From Oscillospiraceae bacterium (GTDB lineage: Bacteria; Bacillota; Clostridia; Oscillospirales; UBA644), in assembly GCA_015067305.1 (NCBI GenBank), contig SVMT01000001.1:28749-92748 (forward strand): a stretch of 64,000 nt of DNA, in the 5' to 3' direction. Below are positions 51,941 to 58,255 of this stretch, one piece after another. Below the pieces are notes generated by a model. It saw only the letters and a program-made list of their open reading frames with translations, was not told where the DNA came from and did no database searches. The first letter of the stretch is position 1, and every line of letters begins with the position of its first letter. Position numbers and translations under genes: made by a program.

Positions 51941-52414
51941 TTAAATATTATTTATAAGGCAAACTGCGTGGGCTTTCATGCCGTCGCCGCTGCCGGTGAA
52001 ACCTAATTTTTCTTCGGTTTTGCCCTTTACGTTGATTTGATTTTCGTTGATTTCAAGGGCTTCTGCCATGTTTTTTATCATTTGCGGAATGTACGGCAAA
52101 AGTTTCGGCTGTTGAGCAACGATCGTGGAATCAATATTTTCGATCTTATAGCCTGCGTCTTTTAAAATTCTTGCAGTTTCTTTCAGCAAAACGATGCTGG
52201 ACGCACCTTTATATTTTTCATCGCTGTCGGGGAAATGGTATCCGATATCACGGAGCGCCGCCGCACCGAAAATGGAGTCTATCACCGCATGAACCAGCAC
52301 GTCTGCGTCTGAGTGACCCAAAAGTCCCTTTTCGTAGGGAATTTCCACTCCGCCTAAAATAAGTTTTCTGTTTTCCACCAGCTTGTGGACATCGTAACCG
52401 TAACCGATCCTCAT
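51941..52414 (-). CDS. ispF: 2-C-methyl-D-erythritol 2,4-cyclodiphosphate synthase
   Basis: From ATG 52414: [12 protein letters not shown]...[14 protein letters not shown]...DIGYHFPD. The ORF track extends to 52462. Confidence 0.93.
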   Translation of the reverse strand: MRIGYGYDVHKLVENRKLILGGVEIPYEKGLLGHSDADVLVHAVIDSIFGAAALRDIGYHFPDSDEKYKGASSIVLLKETARILKDAGYKIENIDSTIVAQQPKLLPYIPQMIKNMAEALEINENQINVKGKTEEKLGFTGSGDGMKAHAVCLINNI

Positions 52415-52436
52415 AAAAAAACTCCGTTTTTTAAAA

Positions 52437-52464
52437 TTCAGAATGCAGAATGCAGGATGCAAAA
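52437..52464. repeat. TGCA heptad array in the ispF 5' region (4 units)
   Basis: TTCAGAA TGCAGAA TGCAGGA TGCAAAA. Repeated at 52706-52726 as part of a ~262-bp tandem duplication. Confidence 0.88.
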
Positions 52465-52510
52465 TGAATTGTATTTTTTATTTTGAAAGCTGCCGCATTC
52501 TTTTTTAGTG

Positions 52511-52705
52511 TTATTTTTTCGTATTTTCAATTTTTATCTGTGTTGATTTGCATATGGCTGTTAAAATGCCGATGATCTCGCTCAGATCTTTATTCATGCT
52601 GATAAACTCTGATGCTGTTATGTATTCGGCTTTATGAACGTTTGCACCGATATTTGTGCCGTAGATCTCTCGTTTACAAAAATTTTTATGCTGCGAACTA
52701 CATAA
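52511..52705 (-). pseudogene. degraded paralog of the four-helix-bundle gene
   Basis: 52490-52625 aligns with 52755-52890 (the 3' part of the 52774-53145 gene). The rest aligns with an internal ~100-nt deletion, and the 5' end is missing. Confidence 0.55.
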
Positions 52706-52773
52706 ACCAGAATGCAGGATGCAAAATAAATTGGATTTTTTATTCTGAAAGCTGCCGCATTCGTTTTTTAGTG

Positions 52774-53145
52774 TTATTTTTTCGCATTTTCAATTTTTAT
52801 CTGTGTGGATTTGCATATTGCTGTTAAAATGCCGATGATCTCGCTCAGATCTTGGTTCATGCTGATAAACTCTGATTCTGTTAGGTACTCGGTTTTACAT
52901 AACAGCTTCAGCCAATAAAATGTTTCGTTAGCTTCCTTTAAAGCAATGCTCATTTTTGAGTAAAAATCGGCTAAGGACTGAGCTTTTTCCGCTTCGTGAA
53001 CATTTGCTCCGATACTCGTTCCGCTTCGTAAAATCTGTCGAGATAATACCGGATCTTTCTCTTTTCCGGAAATATATTTATGAAGATTTACTATTCGAAC
53101 TGCAAAATCAAATGTTTTGTTTAAAATTAAATTGTCGTTTTCCAT
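52774..53145 (-). CDS. four-helix-bundle protein (23S rRNA-IVS / Avd-like family)
   Basis: 123-aa ORF: ...FDFAVRIVNLHKYI...LSRQILRSGTSIGANVHEAEKAQSLADFYSKMSIALKEANETFYWLKLL. Confidence 0.8.
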   Translation of the reverse strand: MENDNLILNKTFDFAVRIVNLHKYISGKEKDPVLSRQILRSGTSIGANVHEAEKAQSLADFYSKMSIALKEANETFYWLKLLCKTEYLTESEFISMNQDLSEIIGILTAICKSTQIKIENAKK

Positions 53146-53197
53146 AAAATACTCCGAAAATCTTTACTTTGAGAATTGTGTAAAACAGAATCAATAA

Positions 53198-53225
53198 TTC
53201 TGCGTTTTGCATTTTGCATTCTGCA
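53198..53225. repeat. TGCA heptad array (4 units) 3' of rpsR
   Basis: TTCTGCG TTTTGCA TTTTGCA TTCTGCA, followed by hairpin GTTGCCGTTTTCTG/CAGAAAACGGCAAC (53230-53264). Confidence 0.88.
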
Positions 53226-53288
53226 TTTTGTTGCCGTTTTCTGTTTAAAGCAGAAAACGGCAACGCAATAGCGTCGCCGTTATATACA

Positions 53289-53573
53289 TTAGTCGTTTGT
53301 GTAAGGAAGAAGAGCAATTTCTCTTGCTTTCTTAATTGCAGCAGTAACTTCTCTCTGGTGCATAGCACAAGTGCTTGTTACACGGCGGGGGAGGATCTTG
53401 CCTCTTTCGCTGAGGAACTTGCGAAGTTTGCCTGCATCTTTGTAGTCGATAACTGCATTTTTGTCAGCGCAGAACTGGCAAACTCTTTTCTTGGGTCTTC
53501 TTTTTGCGTTGAAGCTGTTATCTCTTACAAATTCCTTGTTTTCTTTGGGCTGCTGTACTTCTTTATTTTCCAT
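53289..53573 (-). CDS. rpsR: 30S ribosomal protein S18
   Basis: 94-aa ORF with [11 protein letters not shown]...IDYKD...[35 protein letters not shown]. Confidence 0.93.
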   Translation of the reverse strand: MENKEVQQPKENKEFVRDNSFNAKRRPKKRVCQFCADKNAVIDYKDAGKLRKFLSERGKILPRRVTSTCAMHQREVTAAIKKAREIALLPYTND

Positions 53574-53602
53574 GATAGTTTCTCCTTTCGTAATTTAAGC
53601 TT

Positions 53603-54058
53603 TTAGAAAGGCAGTTCACCTTCAATGTCTTTGATGTCAGCGAAGAATTCGTTGTCAAGGGCATTGCTGTAAGCGTCGCCTTCTTTTTTCGGTTCTTCCG
53701 CACGGTCGAAGCCTCTTGAAGAGCCTGAGCCGTTTGATTTGGATTCGCCGAACTGTACTTCATCAACCATGATGTTGGGGGTTCTGTGTTCAACGCCGTT
53801 ACGGTCTGTCCATGTATCTATCTGAACGCTACCGAAAACGATGATGAGCGAGCCTTTTTTGAAGTACTTGGAAACGAACTCTGCCTGATTTCTGAAGGCT
53901 GTGCAGCTGAAAAAGTCTGCCTGTGGGTTTTCGCCCTGTCTTGTGAAGCGTCTGTTGACAGCTACTGTGAATCTTATGTTGGGTACATTTGACTGTGACA
54001 TTCTGAGTTCAGGGTCAGCAGTAAGTCTTCCCATAAGGATTATCTTGTTAATGTTCAT
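53603..54058 (-). CDS. ssb: single-stranded DNA-binding protein
   Basis: 151-aa ORF: MNINKIILMGRLTADPELR... (OB fold), a Gly/Ser-rich linker and acidic tip DIEGELPF. Confidence 0.93.
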   Translation of the reverse strand: MNINKIILMGRLTADPELRMSQSNVPNIRFTVAVNRRFTRQGENPQADFFSCTAFRNQAEFVSKYFKKGSLIIVFGSVQIDTWTDRNGVEHRTPNIMVDEVQFGESKSNGSGSSRGFDRAEEPKKEGDAYSNALDNEFFADIKDIEGELPF

Positions 54059-54096
54059 AATTCGTTTCCTCCAATCTGTTCATTCTTGTGCGTCAA

Positions 54097-54387
54097 TTAT
54101 TTCTTAACGATAATGGAACGCAAAACACCGTCAGTGATATGATAGTTACGGCTGAGTTCTTTGGGAAGATCAGCAGAACCGTCGAAGTTTACTACAACGT
54201 AGTAACCCTCTGTTTCGTAGTTTACAGCATAAGCGAGTCTTCTTTTGCCCCAAACGTCAACGCTTGTTACAACGCCGCCGTTATCTGCAATGATACCCTT
54301 GAACTTTTCTGTTGTAGCTTCGAGAGCTGCATCATCAGCGTAAGTTTTTGTGCTGAGAACGAAAATTGTTTCATATTTGTTGGTCAT
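54097..54387 (-). CDS. rpsF: 30S ribosomal protein S6
   Basis: From ATG 54387 (GAAGGAGGTG upstream): MTNKYETIFVLSTK...WGKRRLAY.... The ORF track extends to 54477. Confidence 0.92.
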   Translation of the reverse strand: MTNKYETIFVLSTKTYADDAALEATTEKFKGIIADNGGVVTSVDVWGKRRLAYAVNYETEGYYVVVNFDGSADLPKELSRNYHITDGVLRSIIVKK

Positions 54388-54542
54388 TACGAATACACCT
54401 CCTTCTGGACTTTGGGGAACCGTTCGGATCGACAACCCTTTGCTGTCGCGCGTACATCTCTGCACGCAAGTTCCCAAGGAAATGCTCTGAGAATCTATCT
54501 TACGTTTAGACTCAAAACATATACTTACCTTGAACGATAAGC
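54388..54542 (-). promoter_or_regulatory. structured 5' leader of rpsF-ssb-rpsR (possible S6:S18 autoregulatory leader)
   Basis: ~155 nt lie between the predicted TSS and the RBS, with nested stems CCTTGGGAAC/GTTCCCCAAAG and CGACAGC/GTTGTCG. The assignment to the known rpsF-leader class is by context only. Confidence 0.35.
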
Positions 54543-54548
54543 CTTACT

Positions 54549-54577
54549 ATTATAATATATTGGTGTTTAAATGTCAA
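54549..54577 (-). promoter_or_regulatory. rpsF operon promoter
   Basis: Minus strand reads TTGACA (54577-54572), 17 nt, TATAAT (54554-54549). Confidence 0.7.
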
Positions 54578-54621
54578 TAGGAAACGATGAAAAGTCGGAA
54601 AGTTGTTGAATATAAGGTGGG

Positions 54622-54698
54622 GTTTAGGCCATAGGCCGTAGGCCTTAGTAAATTACTGATAAGAAATTACAGCTACCGCAACAAAATCTGCGGTAGCT
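54622..54698. repeat. T1-type element (heptads plus AGCTACCGC hairpin)
   Basis: GTTTAGG CCATAGG CCGTAGG CCTTAGT, then AGCTACCGC-10 nt-GCGGTAGCT (54671-54698). Confidence 0.75.
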
Positions 54699-54736
54699 GT
54701 TTTCATGAAAGCTTGTATTTTGAGCTTTGCTCGGTA

Positions 54737-54788
54737 AAAGTTTTTTGAGGGGGTGCGGGGGAACAATTTTACAAAAATGTTCCCCCGC
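54737..54788. repeat. R1-type hairpin element (inverted orientation)
   Basis: AAAAGTTTTTTGAGGGGGT, then GCGGGGGAACA-11 nt-TGTTCCCCCGC. Lies just 3' of the 54807 ORF. Confidence 0.8.
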
Positions 54789-54806
54789 AAAAAATACCTC
54801 ACAAAT

Positions 54807-55574
54807 TTAATCAATAAACATGAGAAATTCCCCTGCGCCGTAGAGGGTCGAGCTGACTTTTACTGTGGTCGAACCGAGCAGTATTGCATATCGGAGGTCT
54901 CCGTTTTCGTCTTCTACTGCGAATTTCATGAATGTGGGCAGATTTGTGGTGACAGGCGCGTGGAATGCGTAAAGATTTTTGACCATGTATCTTCCGTCTT
55001 CCGTGAACGCATTTGCAATGCTGATGTCGTTTGTTACGCCGCCCGATGCTGAACCGCTGCTTCTGTATGCGGTCAGGTTCCCTACAGTGTGCGTTGTTGA
55101 CGAAGTGGGAACAAAACCCCTTGTGCCCCAGTATTCGTCACCTGTTGCTACTTCCGTGACCTTGTTCAGCGCAACAAGTGTGGTGAAGGAACTGTCGCTC
55201 TTTTCCGCAAGAATATACAGGGTGTCATCGTTGTGCAGAATGATTACTCGCTTTGCGTAGTATTTTTCATAGTCGAACCAGTTGCCCTGAGTGTCGTAGC
55301 CGTAGTTTGAGCCGTTAAAAATGAAACAGCCCATGTGGTCCGCAGTTGAGGAGTTTGTGGTCATGATTATGCCGAATCTTGTTATTTTTGAGTTCTCAAG
55401 GGGGATCGTCAGTACGAAAGCGAGTTTGTTCGTTGCCTCAGAAGTCACTTTGTATGTAGCTCCGATATTCGTGGATTCATTGATAAAATCCGTCAGATTT
55501 GCTGCCCACGAGGTCATCGCCGCCGTGGTGTTTGTGTTGTAGTCGCTGGTGATGATTTTTTGATAAAGTGCCAT
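54807..55574 (-). CDS. hypothetical Ser/Thr/Asn-rich protein, no family recognised
   Basis: 255-aa ORF with strong RBS AAAGGAG, no signal peptide and predicted beta-rich composition. Confidence 0.55.
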   Translation of the reverse strand: MALYQKIITSDYNTNTTAAMTSWAANLTDFINESTNIGATYKVTSEATNKLAFVLTIPLENSKITRFGIIMTTNSSTADHMGCFIFNGSNYGYDTQGNWFDYEKYYAKRVIILHNDDTLYILAEKSDSSFTTLVALNKVTEVATGDEYWGTRGFVPTSSTTHTVGNLTAYRSSGSASGGVTNDISIANAFTEDGRYMVKNLYAFHAPVTTNLPTFMKFAVEDENGDLRYAILLGSTTVKVSSTLYGAGEFLMFID

Positions 55575-55588
55575 TTTTTCTCCTTTCT

Positions 55589-55707
55589 TGATAGGTTTTA
55601 GGTTCTGGGTGTTAGGTTATAGGTTTCAGGTTATAGGTTTTAGGTTATAGGTTTCAGCATATATTCTAACATCTAATACCTAACACCTAATACCTCATAC
55701 CTCATAC
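55589..55707. repeat. ~120-nt imperfect palindrome built from inverted heptad arrays
   Basis: Nine TTAGG-sense heptads (55589-55651: TGATAGG TTTTAGG TTCTGGG TGTTAGG TTATAGG TTTCAGG TTATAGG TTTTAGG TTATAGG). Six CCTAA-sense heptads follow (55666-55707). Confidence 0.9.
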
Positions 55708-55857
55708 CTCTTCTTTTGTTCCGCGGATCTCTAAAATTATTTTGCATTTTTGCGGTTTGAGTAGCTTTGCAGTGACGAAAGTTTCGCCGCCGCTTCCTTT
55801 GAGGAATCCTTTCGCCGCAAGACCGAGAAGGAAGCCTGTTCGTTTTTCAGTCGTCAT
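55702..55857 (-). CDS. 51-aa hypothetical protein
   Basis: AAGGAG lies 7 nt upstream of ATG 55857. Translation is MTTEKRTGFLLGLAAKGFLKGSGGETFVTAKLLKPQKCKIILEIRGTKEEV. It has its own promoter at 55892-55920 and is below the ORF-track cut-off. Confidence 0.4.
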   Translation of the reverse strand: MTTEKRTGFLLGLAAKGFLKGSGGETFVTAKLLKPQKCKIILEIRGTKEEV

Positions 55858-55891
55858 GTCTCATCTCCTTTTCGTGAATGTTTATATTTAT

Positions 55892-55920
55892 ATAATAACA
55901 CGAATTGTGAATAACGTCAA
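55892..55920 (-). promoter_or_regulatory. promoter of the 51-aa ORF
   Basis: Minus strand reads TTGACG (55920-55915), 17 nt, TATTAT (55897-55892). Confidence 0.5.
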
Positions 55921-56031
55921 TGACCTTGGTGATATTGTTTCACATATTTTGAATACTGTAGAAGAAATTATCACATCGAGTGAGTGAAATGTGACAAAAT
56001 CCGTTTTTTGCTTTGGGTTACGGAATTTTAC

Positions 56032-56060
56032 TTGACAAGTGAAGGGAAAAAAGGTATAAT
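56032..56060 (+). promoter_or_regulatory. comEB promoter
   Basis: TTGACA 56032-56037, 17 nt, TATAAT 56055-56060. Confidence 0.7.
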
Positions 56061-56097
56061 ATTCTTAAAAAACAGACAATATGATTGGAGATCAAAA

Positions 56098-56586
56098 ATG
56101 GACAGAATCGACAAAGTAAATTACTATCTTGACATTGCGCAGACCGTTGCAGAGAGAGGCACTTGTTTGCGCAGAAAATTCGGTGCGGTTATCGTTAAAA
56201 ACGATTCGATCGTCAGCACGGGCTATGCGGGTGCGCCCAGGGGCAGAGCAAATTGTTGCGACCTCGGAAAATGTCTCCGCCAGGAATACAATATTCCCGC
56301 AGGTGAACGCTATGAGTTGTGCCGTTCCGTACATGCGGAAGCTAACGCTATAATTGCCGCTTCACGTGAGGAGATGCTCGGTTCCACGCTTTATCTTGCT
56401 TGTATTTCCGTTGACAGTAAGCTTTATCCGGGTACGAGCTGCTGCTCCATGTGCCGCAGACTTATTATCAATGCTGGTATCGAGACAGTTATAATCCGTG
56501 ACACCCCAACAGAGTACAGAATTGTGAATGTTGAAAAGGACTGGATCGAAAACGACGACTCCACGGAGTTGAAAAGCGGATATTAA
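56098..56586 (+). CDS. comEB: dCMP deaminase (ComEB family)
   Basis: From ATG 56098: MDRIDKVNYYLDIAQTVAERGTCLRRKFGAVIV..., Zn motifs CRSVHAEANAI and SCCSMCRRLI. The ORF track starts upstream, at 55984. Confidence 0.88.
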   Translation: MDRIDKVNYYLDIAQTVAERGTCLRRKFGAVIVKNDSIVSTGYAGAPRGRANCCDLGKCLRQEYNIPAGERYELCRSVHAEANAIIAASREEMLGSTLYLACISVDSKLYPGTSCCSMCRRLIINAGIETVIIRDTPTEYRIVNVEKDWIENDDSTELKSGY

Positions 56587-56617
56587 AAATTCTGCACGGT
56601 TGTAAGGTTTTTCAACG

Positions 56618-56774
56618 TTTTCCACAAAATTATCAACTGGCCTTTGAAATGGCTGTGGAAAAGTCTGTGGATAGAGTGGAAAACCCTGTTTAAAACGTGG
56701 AAAAGCTTGATTTTATAAGGTTTTTTGCTGTGGAAAGCTTCCTGAAAACGGTATTTTCGGGAGAGTTTTCCACA
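56618..56774. promoter_or_regulatory. dense DnaA-box cluster (7 boxes in 157 bp)
   Basis: Three boxes match TTTTCCACA or its complement (56618, 56654, 56766), each 1 mismatch from TTATCCACA. TGTGGATAG at 56666 also has 1 mismatch. AGTGGAAAA (56675), CGTGGAAAA (56696) and TGTGGAAAG (56729) have 2 mismatches each. Confidence 0.7.
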
Positions 56775-56810
56775 GGTGTGCCGCTAAAATTTGAAAAAGG
56801 AAATTGGAAA

Positions 56811-58250
56811 ATGAAATTATCAGAAATCGTATCTTACCTTTCCCAAAAGGGACTTGTTGTTGAAAACCCCTGTAGTGATGTGGAAATTGCACATATCAGC
56901 TGTGATTCCAGAGATGTGAAGGCTAATACTCTCTTTTTCGTTAAGGGGGTGGCGTTCAAGCCCGAATATCTTCTTTCCGCTGTGGAAAACGGCGCTGTTG
57001 CCTATGTTTCAGAGTTCGACCTGGGCGTTGATATTCCTTTTGTGAAGGTCTCTGACGTGCGAAAAGCAATGCCTTACGGGGCTAAATTTTTCTATGGTGA
57101 TCCCGTTTCAAGGTACAAACTTGCGGCGGTGACAGGTACGAAAGGTAAAACAAGTCTTGTTTATATGCTCCGAAGCGTTTTTGAGGCGGCTTTCGGGGCT
57201 GAAAAGTACGGGTATATTTCCACAAACGGTGCGATGTGCGGAACTCAGCCGCTGAAAAAAAGCGGTACAACTCCCGAAGCGTTGGAACTTTACGGAATAT
57301 TGAATAAATTTGCCCTTGAAAATATTTCTGCGGCAGCGATGGAGGTCTCATCTCAGGCACTGAAATATGACCGTGTTGAGGGCATAAAATTCCACACAGG
57401 CGTTTTTTTGAACCTTTCCAACGACCACATCAGTCCCACGGAACACAGCAGTTTTGAGGACTACAAGGCGGCTAAGCTGAAACTGCTGGAAAACTGCCGT
57501 TTCGGTGCGGTGAATATTGACGACCCCAGCGGCGAGGAATTTTTCAAAGCCTCAAAATGCGAAAAAACATACACTTACGGAATCAAAAATGAGTGCGATT
57601 TCCGTGCGGAAAATATTATTCTCACAAAATACGGCTCGTCTTTCACGGTGAAAGGGGAAGAATTTACCCTGAAAATGCCGGGCGAATTCAACATTTACAA
57701 TGCATTGGCGGCGATAATCGTGTGCGAAACCATGGGCATAGGACTTGAATTCGTGAAAAAGGGGCTTGCGGAAGCCACCGCCGAGGGCAGAATGGAGATC
57801 TTTGAGAAAAACGGCGTGACCGTTTTGGTTGACTACGCCCACAATAAGCTGAGTTTTGAGGCTGTTTTTGATTTTGTGGATAAATTTTACCCCGACAGCA
57901 GGAAAATTTGTTTGTTTGGTTGCCAGGGCAACAAGGCTCTTGACCGCCGCAGGGAATTGCCCGAAGTTGCGGGAAACCGTGCCGACATGGTGGTGCTGAC
58001 CTCGGATGACCCTGCCAATGAGGAGCCCATGGCGATAATCGGCGAGGTTGAGGTGGAATTGCGCAAAACTCCTGTGAAATTTATCTCAATCGAGGACCGT
58101 GAAGAGGCTGTCGCTTATGCTGTCGGAAACGCCCAAAGCGGCGACGTGGTAATTCTGGCAGGCAAGGGGCAGGAGACCACCCAGCAGGTCCGCGGTAGGG
58201 CTGTCGCATACGTGGGCGATATGAAGAAGGCGAAGGAGATTTTGGGGTGA
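56811..58250 (+). CDS. murE: UDP-N-acetylmuramoyl-L-alanyl-D-glutamate--2,6-diaminopimelate ligase
   Basis: From ATG 56811: MKLSEIVSYL..., ISCDSRDVK, VTGTKGKTS and a C-terminal Mur ligase domain with DDPANEEP. The ORF track starts at 56697, inside the DnaA-box cluster. Confidence 0.92.
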   Translation: MKLSEIVSYLSQKGLVVENPCSDVEIAHISCDSRDVKANTLFFVKGVAFKPEYLLSAVENGAVAYVSEFDLGVDIPFVKVSDVRKAMPYGAKFFYGDPVSRYKLAAVTGTKGKTSLVYMLRSVFEAAFGAEKYGYISTNGAMCGTQPLKKSGTTPEALELYGILNKFALENISAAAMEVSSQALKYDRVEGIKFHTGVFLNLSNDHISPTEHSSFEDYKAAKLKLLENCRFGAVNIDDPSGEEFFKASKCEKTYTYGIKNECDFRAENIILTKYGSSFTVKGEEFTLKMPGEFNIYNALAAIIVCETMGIGLEFVKKGLAEATAEGRMEIFEKNGVTVLVDYAHNKLSFEAVFDFVDKFYPDSRKICLFGCQGNKALDRRRELPEVAGNRADMVVLTSDDPANEEPMAIIGEVEVELRKTPVKFISIEDREEAVAYAVGNAQSGDVVILAGKGQETTQQVRGRAVAYVGDMKKAKEILG

Positions 58251-58255
58251 TATAA

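Noticed and set aside
56697-56810. N-terminal 38-codon extension of murE in the ORF track
   Set aside because: It starts at a GTG inside the DnaA-box cluster. ATG 56811 gives the canonical MurE N-terminus with an upstream purine-rich RBS.
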